Positions 24,420 to 32,000 of a DNA stretch of 32,000 nucleotides are shown here, in pieces (the stretch's first letter is position 1; each line of letters begins with the position of its first letter). Made by a program: the position numbers and the translations under genes. A model generated the notes under the pieces. That model was given only the letters and a program-made list of their open reading frames with translations, was not told where the DNA came from and made no database searches. The DNA comes from Archaeoglobus fulgidus DSM 4304. GTDB lineage: Archaea; Halobacteriota; Archaeoglobi; Archaeoglobales; Archaeoglobaceae. The stretch covers positions 330,001 through 362,000 of the forward strand of contig NC_000917.1 of the NCBI RefSeq assembly GCF_000008665.1. Direction: 5' to 3'.

Positions 24420-25443
24420 GAAAATTACAAAGAAGGATGCTCTGGAGCTTTTTTCCCTCCCAATTCACGCTGTGGGGAGAATTGCCGACGAAATCAGGAA
24501 AGTGAAGTGCGGAGACCTCGTAACCTTCGTCAATGACACAAACATCAACTACACGAACATCTGCCTTTCAAAATGCAGGTTCTGCGCCTTCTACGCAAGG
24601 GAAAAAGGCTATGTCCTCTCTCATGAAGAGATTCTGAGGAAAGTAGGCTATGCTGTCAAAATGGGAGCAACTCAAATAATGCTTCAGGGCGGAATGAATC
24701 CTGATCTGGGATTGGAGTGGTTTGAGGAGCTTTTCAGGAAAATTAAGGCCAGATTTTCCAGTGTTCACATACACAGCCTCTCCCCGCCAGAAATCGTCTT
24801 TCTGGCAAAGCTTGAGAGGAGCAGCATAAGGGAGGTTCTTGATAGATTGAAGGCTGCCGGATTAGACTCTCTGCCGGGTGGTGGGGCTGAGATTCTTGTT
24901 GATTCTGTAAGGAGAAAAATCAGCCCGAACAAGTGCTCAAGCGATGAGTGGTTGAGGGTTATGGAGACAGCCCACAGCCTGAACATGCCCACGACTGCAA
25001 CAATGATGTTCGGGCATGTGGAGAGCGACGGTGACATAGTGGAGCACCTCATAAAAATCAGGGAGCTTCAGGAAAAAACCGGCGGTTTCACAGCCTTCAT
25101 CCCATGGACCTTCCAGCCGGGAAACACGGAGCTTTACGCTGAAATCAAACGCCCTGTCTCTCCCCTCAGATACCTGCAGGTTTTAGCCATTTCAAGAATA
25201 GTCCTGAACAACTTCAGAAACATTCAGGCTTCATGGCTCACTCAGGGATTTGAGATCGCTACACTAAGCCTCTTCTTCGGGGCAAATGACTTTGGTGGGA
25301 CGATGCTGGAGGAGAATGTTGTAAGAGCTACGGGGAAAGACTTCAGGCCTGCAAAAATTGAGGAGATTGTGAAAGCCGTTAAGGCCGTGGGGAGGCCAGT
25401 TGCATTGCGTGATACCTACTACAACATTCTGGAGTGGTTCTGA
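24376..25443 (+). CDS. Radical SAM enzyme of the MqnC/MqnE family, paralog 2
   Basis: 355 aa from ATG 24376 (ggaggggg upstream; the track uses TTG 24373). Motifs INYTNICLSKCRFCAF, LPGGGAEIL, TMMFGHVES and GANDFGGT. Overlaps mqnA by 44 nt. Confidence 0.8.
   Translation: MNSRSTAEITDYLNEKITKKDALELFSLPIHAVGRIADEIRKVKCGDLVTFVNDTNINYTNICLSKCRFCAFYAREKGYVLSHEEILRKVGYAVKMGATQIMLQGGMNPDLGLEWFEELFRKIKARFSSVHIHSLSPPEIVFLAKLERSSIREVLDRLKAAGLDSLPGGGAEILVDSVRRKISPNKCSSDEWLRVMETAHSLNMPTTATMMFGHVESDGDIVEHLIKIRELQEKTGGFTAFIPWTFQPGNTELYAEIKRPVSPLRYLQVLAISRIVLNNFRNIQASWLTQGFEIATLSLFFGANDFGGTMLEENVVRATGKDFRPAKIEEIVKAVKAVGRPVALRDTYYNILEWF
24872..24963 (+). repeat. Near-identical tract shared with paralog 1 (copy 2)
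   Basis: See 23105-23196. The two copies are offset by 1767 nt. Confidence 0.85.
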
Positions 25444-25892
25444 TGTCCGGCAAGAAATTTAAGGAGATTGCGGAAAAGCTTGGAGTTGAGGTGGAGTTTG
25501 AGGAAGTTGAGCCTGCAAAAATCAAGCTTGATCCAAGGGCGAGATGGAAGTGCATGTTCGGCTGCGAAAGTTACGGAATGCCCTCCTGCCCTCCAAACGT
25601 TCCCGATTTTGAGGAATGCGAGAGGTTCGTGAGGGCTTACAGAAGGGCCTACCTGTTCAGGTTCAAAGTTAAAAGTAAAGAAGATGTGAGAAGGGCTCAG
25701 GAGTTCATGCTTGAGGCCGAGCTTAGCCTGAAAAAGCCCTTTGCCTTTGCAACCTTTCCCGGCAGTTGCATGCTATGCAATGAATGCAGCGGTAGGTGCA
25801 GCAGAGTCAGACCATCACTCTCCGCCCTCTGCGTTGACGCTTCCAGCCTTGCAGTCAAAGACGAAATGGTAGCTTTGCTTTTCGTCGATTGA
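25443..25892 (+). CDS. DUF2284-type predicted metal-binding (Cys-rich) protein
   Basis: 149 aa from ATG 25443, which shares one nt with the upstream TGA (TGATG). Cys motifs RWKCMFGCESYGMPSCPPNVP and GSCMLCNECSGRC...RPSLSALCVD match my memory of DUF2284. Confidence 0.6.
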   Translation: MSGKKFKEIAEKLGVEVEFEEVEPAKIKLDPRARWKCMFGCESYGMPSCPPNVPDFEECERFVRAYRRAYLFRFKVKSKEDVRRAQEFMLEAELSLKKPFAFATFPGSCMLCNECSGRCSRVRPSLSALCVDASSLAVKDEMVALLFVD

Positions 25893-27309
25893 GCAATGCA
25901 AATACTGCTAACACTGCAAGAGTTTCGGCAAGGGAGACTGGAAAGGCATAGCTCGAAAATGGAGCTTTTAAAATCAGAACTGCAACACCTCCCACTGCAG
26001 CAGGAACTAAAACGATGAAGAAGGAGATTAGCGTGGCGATTACTGCCTCTACATTTACCGGCTCGCTCGTCAGTCGGCGGGAAAACTGCACTGCAACGAG
26101 AACCACGGCAAAGCCTGTGGGAAAGAGGGACAGAGAGTTAATCAAATTTCCCCCTTTGTAAATCACCACTGCTGCAACAATGCCCATGGAGACGAAGTAA
26201 ATCAGCAGCCCCTCCAGAATTTTCGAGAATTTCATTTCCAAGTCCGTCAGAGGGAGGGCGGTGATGTAGCTGCTCCTTTCGAGGCTCATGAAGCTTGAGA
26301 CAGTAATGGCGAGGAAGATCTGCAGATACAGAACGCTCGCCACTTCTGAAAGTTTTATGTAGAATACAAGCTGCATTAAGGCGCCGTATATTGGAAGCAA
26401 TGCAATAACGAAAAGCTGCGGATTTCTGAAAAGCTGCTTGAAGTCCTTTATTACCATAGCGGTCATTTTCCCTCTCCTTTTTATTTTCCATCCCTTCAAG
26501 CTGCCGTAGTGCTTCGCAATCTCCTCCTTGGAAAGTTCCCTGACAGCATAGAAAAAGAGAAGAGTGATGAGGGCGAAATAAAAGAGGCTAAGGGCTGCGT
26601 ATTTAGCACTAAAGGGCTGAGAAATCCAGAGTCCGTATGAGATGGGGAAAAGAGAGTCGTAGGCCTCGTAATTTTTGAAAGTCATCAGGTATATGGCAAG
26701 CTGGTTTATGAGATAAAGCCCGTAGATTGAAACCAGCCAGGCAATTAAGCCAAAAATTCGGAAAAATGCGGCCCTTAAAGACCTGCCCGTCTGAACGCTC
26801 CCCAGCCTTTTGCCGAGAAGTATCACAATGCTCAAAGCCCCCATTATCACTGCAAGAAATCCCAGAAGCGCTGGAAGAAGTCCGGCAGGATTCCTCATTC
26901 CCACGAGAACTAGAAGGGAGAGGAGAGCAATGACAGCAGGCCAGTCGAACAGCCTGAAAAATCCGTAAAACCTAACCTTTGAAATATCACTGCGAGAATA
27001 AAAGGTGTGCATGTAGCTCAAATCGACCTGAAAGTAGCCATGAGCATAAGCGGTGCCGAACATCAGGAAAAAGAAGAACAGAGAAAGCAGGGAAGATGCG
27101 TAGCTGACCTTGTCGTCAAAAAAGGCGGGCCCTACTGAAAATAGGGCGGCAAAGGTGAACATTATCTTCAGGAGGAGGGCATTGTACCTGATCCACTTGG
27201 TAACTCTCGATAGGTCGTGATAGACTGCTGCAGCGTTCCTCACCGCAGCCTCCACGAAGATTAGGTCCGAAAGCTCATAAAGCGGAGATAACCTCCTCAA
27301 GACTTTCAT
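25855..27309 (-). CDS. Polytopic ABC-exporter permease, atypically long (484 aa)
   Basis: About 12 hydrophobic segments. The second half, from the internal Met at 26466-26464 (MTAMVIKDFKQLFRNPQLFVIALLP), looks like a canonical ABC-2 permease N-terminus. Overlaps the ATPase gene by 35 nt and the convergent DUF2284 gene by 38 nt. Confidence 0.65.
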   Translation of the reverse strand: MKVLRRLSPLYELSDLIFVEAAVRNAAAVYHDLSRVTKWIRYNALLLKIMFTFAALFSVGPAFFDDKVSYASSLLSLFFFFLMFGTAYAHGYFQVDLSYMHTFYSRSDISKVRFYGFFRLFDWPAVIALLSLLVLVGMRNPAGLLPALLGFLAVIMGALSIVILLGKRLGSVQTGRSLRAAFFRIFGLIAWLVSIYGLYLINQLAIYLMTFKNYEAYDSLFPISYGLWISQPFSAKYAALSLFYFALITLLFFYAVRELSKEEIAKHYGSLKGWKIKRRGKMTAMVIKDFKQLFRNPQLFVIALLPIYGALMQLVFYIKLSEVASVLYLQIFLAITVSSFMSLERSSYITALPLTDLEMKFSKILEGLLIYFVSMGIVAAVVIYKGGNLINSLSLFPTGFAVVLVAVQFSRRLTSEPVNVEAVIATLISFFIVLVPAAVGGVAVLILKAPFSSYAFPVSLAETLAVLAVFALLNRRKAKLPFRL

Positions 27310-28000
27310 GCTGACCGGTGATTTTCAAAAAGGCCTCCTCCAATGTCCCGTAGGACTTAAGCTCCTCCAGAGTGCCTTCAGCAATTTTCAATCCCCTGTT
27401 GAGAATTATCACTCTGTCTGCAAGCCTCTCAGCTATCTCCATTATGTGCGTGGAAAGCAGTATTCCACCGCTCTCAGTTTTTCTGGCCATCACCTCTTTC
27501 AGAACTCTGGCAGAGAAAGCATCGAGGCCGTTTAAGGGCTCATCGAGCAGAAGGTAGGGAGGATCGTGAAGCAATGCCGCAACCACAGCAACCTTCTTCT
27601 TGTTCCCCATAGAGAGCGAGATTATCGGCTTGTCCATCTGCTCCTCCAGCCTGAAAATCCTGACGTACTTCTCAACTCTCTTTGCTGCCTCCTCACCGAG
27701 CTTCCTTACCGATACCAGAAAGCTGAAGAACTCCTCAGGCGTGAGGTGGTCTATCAGTCTTATCTCCTCTGGTACGTAGCCAAAGAGGTTCTTGGCTACC
27801 TTTGTGTTCGCATTCATTCCATCAATCTTTATCTCCCCCTCGAAATCCACTATACCGACAATGGACTTCATTATGGAGCTCTTTCCAGCTCCGTTTGGCC
27901 CGAGAATGGCAACAACCTCTCCCCTCTCAACTGTGAATCCAACATTGCTGACAGCCGTCGTTTTTCCATACCTCACCGTCAGGTTGTTAACCTCTATCAC
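27275..28000 (-). CDS. ABC transporter ATP-binding protein (ABC-2/DrrA-like exporter subfamily)
   Basis: 241 aa with a GTG start. Walker A GPNGAGKSS, signature-like LSMGNKKK and Walker B LLLDEP. Confidence 0.9.
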   Translation of the reverse strand: MIEVNNLTVRYGKTTAVSNVGFTVERGEVVAILGPNGAGKSSIMKSIVGIVDFEGEIKIDGMNANTKVAKNLFGYVPEEIRLIDHLTPEEFFSFLVSVRKLGEEAAKRVEKYVRIFRLEEQMDKPIISLSMGNKKKVAVVAALLHDPPYLLLDEPLNGLDAFSARVLKEVMARKTESGGILLSTHIMEIAERLADRVIILNRGLKIAEGTLEELKSYGTLEEAFLKITGQHESLEEVISAL

Positions 28001-28024
28001 GTCAAGTGGTGTGCTGTAGCATAT

Positions 28025-29356
28025 TTATAGTTTGCGAACAACCTTGCCGGGGTTGAGGATGTTTTTTGGGTCGAAGAGGAGCTTGATTTGTCTCATCAGC
28101 TCGAACTGCTCTGGAAACAGCTCCTCTAGCTCCGAAAGCTTAACCGCCCCTATACCGTGCTCGCCGCTGATCACACCGCCAAGGCTGACAGCGAGGCTGA
28201 GGAGGGACTTTCTGAACTCAAAGTAGCTTTTCTCCCATCCCTCGTAAACCAGCGGGTGCTGGTGGACGTTGCCATCTCCAGCATGGCCGTAGGTTATTAG
28301 CTCGATGCCATATTCTTCAGCAAGCTCGTTGCTCCTTCTCCAGTACTCGGCAATTTTAGCTGGAGGAACGCAGGCGTCGAGAACCTCAATGACCTCCTTT
28401 CTCAGCCCCTCGTAAATCATTCCCCTCACTTTCAGCAGCCTGTCCTGATCCTTCTTTGTGGTTGCTGCGTAAACGTCAATCGCTCCAAGCGACTGGGCAA
28501 TTTTTGCAGCCTCCTCGGCCTCATCAAAGCTCTCGAAGACCATCAGGAGGTGTGCCTCCCCCTCCCTGCTCACCCACCTCTCCCCGCTAACCTTCTCCCC
28601 AATCTCAACTGCCCTCTTTTCCATGAATTCGAGGGCCATGGGGAGCATTTTTCTCGCAACCTCAACAACGCAGTTCATAGCATCCTCCATCGTCGGAAAG
28701 GGGATGGCGAGGACAGTCATGTCCCTCATCTGCGGGAAAAGGCGAATTGTTGCCTTAGTTATCACTGCAAGCGTCCCCTCACTCCCCACAAGAAGGTGAA
28801 GGAGAGAGTAGCCCGAGGAGTTCTTTATCGTTTTCCCGCCAACATTGATTATCCTGCCGTCGGCAAGAACAGCTTCGAGGCTGAGAACGTAGTTCCTCAT
28901 GGTTCCGTACTTCAAAGCCCTCACTCCCCCAGCGTTGGTTGCAATCATCCCTCCGACTGTTGCGGTTTCAGCTCCGGGATGGGGCGGGAAGCTCAAGCCG
29001 TGCCTGAAGGCTGCATCGTCAAGCTGCTTCAAAGTAACTCCCGCACCGCAAATAGCAACTCTGTTGTCGGCATCAACCTCAAGCTCTGTCATTTTTTCAG
29101 TTGAGAGTACAATGCCCTCCTCAGTCGGCACAGCCCCGCCGCTAAGCCCAGTCCCACCGCCCCTCATGAAAACTGGTATACTTTTTTCGTTGGCGAACTT
29201 CAAAATCGCCGAGACCTCCTCGCTGTTGCTGGGCTTCACCACAACGAAATTTTCAGCTGCTCTGGGAGCAACGAGAGGTGGAGTTTCATCGAAGCGATAA
29301 GCGTCCGATGGTGGAAAGACCTCAACAATTTTTGAAAGCTCATCAATCCAGCTCAT
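28025..29356 (-). CDS. dld: FAD-linked D-lactate dehydrogenase (GlcD/Dld family)
   Basis: 443 aa. PCMH-type FAD-binding domain (VFMRGGGTGLSGGAVP, GGMIATNAGG) and C-terminal GEHGIG. The pairing with an upstream NADH oxidase matches my recollection of the A. fulgidus dld locus. Confidence 0.9.
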   Translation of the reverse strand: MSWIDELSKIVEVFPPSDAYRFDETPPLVAPRAAENFVVVKPSNSEEVSAILKFANEKSIPVFMRGGGTGLSGGAVPTEEGIVLSTEKMTELEVDADNRVAICGAGVTLKQLDDAAFRHGLSFPPHPGAETATVGGMIATNAGGVRALKYGTMRNYVLSLEAVLADGRIINVGGKTIKNSSGYSLLHLLVGSEGTLAVITKATIRLFPQMRDMTVLAIPFPTMEDAMNCVVEVARKMLPMALEFMEKRAVEIGEKVSGERWVSREGEAHLLMVFESFDEAEEAAKIAQSLGAIDVYAATTKKDQDRLLKVRGMIYEGLRKEVIEVLDACVPPAKIAEYWRRSNELAEEYGIELITYGHAGDGNVHQHPLVYEGWEKSYFEFRKSLLSLAVSLGGVISGEHGIGAVKLSELEELFPEQFELMRQIKLLFDPKNILNPGKVVRKL

Positions 29357-29368
29357 GAAAAAAATAGT

Positions 29369-30679
29369 TTAGAATTTAAGAATTCTTGCCGAAACAACAA
29401 TCGGGTCCCAGATGGGTGTGAATGGAGGAGCATAGCCGAGGTCGGCGAAGAAAACATCCTTCGTCGTGAAGCCGCCCTGTATCATCGCAGCAAAGACGTT
29501 AACCCTCATCGCCACATCCGCCCCGAGAACCTGCGCTCCCAGAATTCTCTTTGTGCTTGCATCCGCCACAACCTTTAGGAAGGTGTCCTTGGCCCCGGGG
29601 TAGTAGTGAACTCTGGTTTTTGCTTTCACGACAGCTGTTTTAACCTCAAATCCCTCAGCTTTCGCAGCCTTCTCCGTCAGCCCCGTGGCGCCAATTTCAA
29701 GGTCGAAGAACTTCGTAAGCTGAGTTCCAAGCACTCCGGGAAACTCAATGTTGCCGCCAGCGGCGTTAACTCCCGCAACGTAGCCCATCTTGTTGCCCGG
29801 CGGGGCTAAGGGAATCCAGACTCTCTTTTTCGTCAGCATGTGGGTTGTTTCAGCGCAATCTCCAGCAGCAAAAACATTCTCAACGCTTGTCTGCATCCTG
29901 CTGTCCGTCCAGATTGCTCCAGTCTCTCCAATCTTGCAGCCAATCTGCTCGGCAATGGCAGTGTTGGCCTTCACGCCCGTTGCAACTATAACCACATCTG
30001 CAGGATACTCTCCTTTGTCAGTCACCACTTTCCTCACCGCTCCATCGCCCTCAAAAGCCTCTACCTTCTCCCCCAGCCTCAGGTTGACCTTCTCCTCAAG
30101 CTTATGCTTCACCAAGTCCGCAACATCCCTGTCGAGGTTTGGGAGTGGTTGATCAAGAAACTCCACAACCGTTACTTTCTTCCCTCTCGCTGCCGCAGCT
30201 TCGGCCATCTCAACTCCTACGTAGCCAGCACCAACGATTACAACGTTCTCCGCCTTCTCAACCGCCTCTCTCAGCTCAGCCGCCTGTACAGGATGTCTGA
30301 CGGTGAAAACGTTTTCCAGCTCAAGGCCCTCGAAGGGTGGGGTTTTTGGAAGTGCTCCGGTGGCGATTACAAGCTTATCCCACTCGTAGGTTTTCTCCTG
30401 ACCGTCCTCTATGACTCTCACAAAGCCGTCTCCAGCCTCAACTACCTTCGCGTTGATGTGCAAATCAATGCCCCTTTTCTCCCTGAAAAATTCCGGCGGG
30501 TAGTACATCAGGTGTGAGGGGTCGCTCAAGCCTTCAACAACGTACGGAATCCCGCATGGAGCGTGGCTGACAAAGTTGGTCTCCTCAAAAACCGTAACCT
30601 CCCACTCAGGCTGCAAAGCCTTAACTCTCGAAGCAGCGCTCATTCCCGCTGCCCCACCGCCGATAACAACTACCCTCAT
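29369..30679 (-). CDS. nox: NADH oxidase / CoA-disulfide-reductase-family flavoprotein (single redox Cys)
   Basis: 436 aa. FAD site [14 protein letters not shown], redox Cys [12 protein letters not shown](P)H site [16 protein letters not shown], and GDCAE. Confidence 0.9.
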   Translation of the reverse strand: MRVVVIGGGAAGMSAASRVKALQPEWEVTVFEETNFVSHAPCGIPYVVEGLSDPSHLMYYPPEFFREKRGIDLHINAKVVEAGDGFVRVIEDGQEKTYEWDKLVIATGALPKTPPFEGLELENVFTVRHPVQAAELREAVEKAENVVIVGAGYVGVEMAEAAAARGKKVTVVEFLDQPLPNLDRDVADLVKHKLEEKVNLRLGEKVEAFEGDGAVRKVVTDKGEYPADVVIVATGVKANTAIAEQIGCKIGETGAIWTDSRMQTSVENVFAAGDCAETTHMLTKKRVWIPLAPPGNKMGYVAGVNAAGGNIEFPGVLGTQLTKFFDLEIGATGLTEKAAKAEGFEVKTAVVKAKTRVHYYPGAKDTFLKVVADASTKRILGAQVLGADVAMRVNVFAAMIQGGFTTKDVFFADLGYAPPFTPIWDPIVVSARILKF

Positions 30680-30698
30680 GCTTTATCATTGTTCAAGA

Positions 30699-31481
30699 CT
30701 AATTTATGCTTTTCGCGGTTTTGGGAAGTTGAGTAATCTGTGGTTTTGTAGGAGCGAAAAGGCTCTGAGTTTCAAAATGGCCGTAAAGCTCACAACCCCA
30801 TTTAATAGCGCTGTCTTCGTAGCTTACCAGCCCTCTTTTTAAGTCGTACTCTCCCTTTTTATTAAACAAACCAAGGCAGAGCCCCTCACTGCAAGCAATG
30901 CAAACCAGTTTTATTTCCCCACACGACATCAGCTTCCCACTGAATGAATTAACCTCCTCTGAGTACTCCTTAAGCCTCGGTAAAACACTCCTGCCAATAA
31001 CAATGGAAATATCAACTTCCTGTGAAAGTTTGGAAAGAAAAGCGGGATATTCGGGGAGAAAGAATCCGAAAACAGCCCTGATCCACTTTGATTTGCTTAC
31101 CATATTCATAAAAACTTCTTTGTGCTTCAAAACCTCATTCTCTCCGCTCTCTATTATCGTGTAATCTCCAAGCTCTCCAAGTCTTAGGAGAAGATGTGGA
31201 GGGATTGCTGCTAAATCGTGCTGATTCCAGAACTCGAAGTCTCTTTCGATTAAAGAATAAGTTTTCTTTAGAGTTTCGCCAGAATGGAGAGTAATGAGCC
31301 CCTTCAAGGTGATGGCAAATCGTCTTCCATTTTTTTCAATCAATCTTTCTTCCAGAAGATTTTTAAGGTGGTCAGAAACTGCTGCTGGACTCAATCTAAG
31401 ATTGCAAGAAATTTCAGAGTTGGTAAGTGAGTTTTTGGCAAGTAACATCAGGATTTCTCTCTTTCTTTTAGGTAATATCAT
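30699..31481 (-). CDS. Winged-HTH (ArsR-like) transcriptional regulator with a DUF1724 C-terminal domain
   Basis: I chose ATG 31481 (MILPKRKREILMLL...) over the track's TTG at 31505. wHTH segment SEISCNLRLSPAAVSDHLKNLLEERLIEKNGRRFAITLKG. DUF1724-like C-terminus (LCLGLFNKKGEYDLKRGLVSYEDSAIKWGCELY). Confidence 0.75.
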   Translation of the reverse strand: MILPKRKREILMLLAKNSLTNSEISCNLRLSPAAVSDHLKNLLEERLIEKNGRRFAITLKGLITLHSGETLKKTYSLIERDFEFWNQHDLAAIPPHLLLRLGELGDYTIIESGENEVLKHKEVFMNMVSKSKWIRAVFGFFLPEYPAFLSKLSQEVDISIVIGRSVLPRLKEYSEEVNSFSGKLMSCGEIKLVCIACSEGLCLGLFNKKGEYDLKRGLVSYEDSAIKWGCELYGHFETQSLFAPTKPQITQLPKTAKSIN

Positions 31482-31493
31482 TGTGAGCAAGTG

Positions 31494-31511
31494 GCAATAT
31501 TGCAATATAAA
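31494..31511 (-). promoter_or_regulatory. Regulator promoter: TATA-like box plus a 10-bp palindrome between the TATA and the start
   Basis: Minus-strand tttatatt (31504-31511) is centred ~26 nt upstream of ATG 31481, which implies a leaderless mRNA. The perfect palindrome gcaatattgc (31494-31503) lies in between and is a candidate auto-operator. Confidence 0.4.
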
Positions 31512-31541
31512 TTTTCCGACGTACAGAAAAATTCAAGCTAC

Positions 31542-31571
31542 AAACTTAAAAAGCAAATTAGTTTTAAGTTT
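31542..31571. promoter_or_regulatory. 10-bp inverted repeat in the divergent spacer
   Basis: aaacttaaaa (31542-31551) / ttttaagttt (31562-31571) with a 10-nt spacer. It is AT-rich, so chance is not negligible. tttaaatat (31588-31596) is a plausible TATA for the downstream + strand gene. Confidence 0.25.
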
Positions 31572-31635
31572 TTATCTTAAAGAAAAATTTAAATATCGTC
31601 AGTGAGAGGCACAGTAGCAGTGCGGAGGGGATAGG

Positions 31636-32000
31636 ATGAACAGAATTGTGGGGATATTGATATCGATACTGATGTTAGCATGTATTGGCGTGACAATGGC
31701 TGCTGAAACACCAGTCGAGGCAACCATCGAACCTAAAAATACGTTCTCAGAGCCACTTGCAACCCAGATGGTACTTTTAAAAGGAATCTTTGATCCTAAG
31801 GTTGAACCGATGGATCCAGCTAATGATGCCATTGAAATTACTGGTGTCCTTAAACTGAACCACAATGAGGTAAGGGGAGTAGTAAACATTAACAACAAAA
31901 AAGGCGAATTTGCGGGGAAGTGTACACCATTCAAATCTAGCAATTTCGAAGGAGTAGTGTTGAAATGCGGGTCCGAGGGGTCCATAAAGGTTCTGCAGAT
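31636..32000 (+). CDS. Secreted protein of unknown function; 3' end outside the window
   Basis: Absent from the ORF track because it runs off the window end. ATG 31636 has ggagggg 6-12 nt upstream. Signal peptide MNRIVGILISILMLACIGVTMAAE. The frame is open to base 32000. Confidence 0.55.
   Translation, partial: MNRIVGILISILMLACIGVTMAAETPVEATIEPKNTFSEPLATQMVLLKGIFDPKVEPMDPANDAIEITGVLKLNHNEVRGVVNINNKKGEFAGKCTPFKSSNFEGVVLKCGSEGSIKVLQ

Noticed and set aside
28019-28030. Leaderless promoter for the ABC ATPase from the tataaata overlapping the dld stop
   Set aside because: The spacing fits, but the ATPase starts with GTG, which is unusual for leaderless initiation. I kept it only as a remark inside another finding.
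29840-30517. 225-aa + strand ORF antisense to nox; similar antisense ORFs at 28550-29104, 21525-22094, 16152-16715, 10248-10821, 11593-12428 and 13623-14385
   Set aside because: All lie opposite well-supported genes and have low-complexity, biased composition with no start context or motifs. I treat them as non-coding shadows.
31599-31985. 128-aa minus-strand ORF at the window end
   Set aside because: The opposite strand has an ATG with a GGAGGGG site and a clean signal peptide. The minus-strand product is Ser/Thr/Pro-rich with no start context.
1-32000. CRISPR arrays, tRNA/rRNA genes, IS elements and defence-system gene sets
   Set aside because: No regularly spaced repeats, cloverleaf-like segments in spacers, or nuclease/ATPase/methylase clusters were seen. 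The PIN-zinc-ribbon gene is a housekeeping Nob1 type, and the GIY-YIG DUF123 gene stands alone.

Overview
This is a gene-dense (about 90% coding) core-chromosome segment of a hyperthermophilic euryarchaeon. From memory, not a search, the proteins match Archaeoglobus fulgidus: an 868-aa AglB-L type oligosaccharyltransferase, a D-lactate dehydrogenase/NADH oxidase pair, and a cdhC-cooC-cdhD-cdhE operon lacking cdhAB. Left to right: lon 3' end, RHH protein, acs plus an MFS carboxylate-type transporter, a small scarred spacer, fdhD-ogg-mtnA-like operon, tbp-HAD phosphatase-EMAP-like operon, the ACDS operon, aglB, dphB, an RPA-like OB-fold protein, a DUF123 nuclease, a secreted transglutaminase-like protein, a seven-gene overlapping array (nob1, HTH-PRTase regulator, GT2, radical SAM, mqnA, radical SAM, DUF2284), an ABC exporter, dld, nox, an HTH-DUF1724 regulator and a truncated secreted protein. 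I found no tRNA, rRNA, CRISPR array, transposase, integrase or recognisable defence island, and no convincing multi-gene novel system. The observations most worth a second look: (1) two micro-ORFs (28 and 30 codons) that exactly bridge adjacent genes, with start and stop overlaps at both ends, one resembling the CdhC C-terminal tail; (2) a 92-nt near-identical tract shared by two otherwise diverged radical SAM menaquinone paralogs, which suggests gene conversion; (3) a DUF2284 Cys-rich protein translationally coupled to the futalosine genes; (4) a duplicated MFS 3' end and terminator flanking an orphan, truncated antitoxin-like ORF, next to a frameshifted pilin-like ORF. All family calls rest on motifs read by eye. 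Several ORF-track starts are TTG or GTG, and I re-called them where an ATG with a Shine-Dalgarno-like site was evident.
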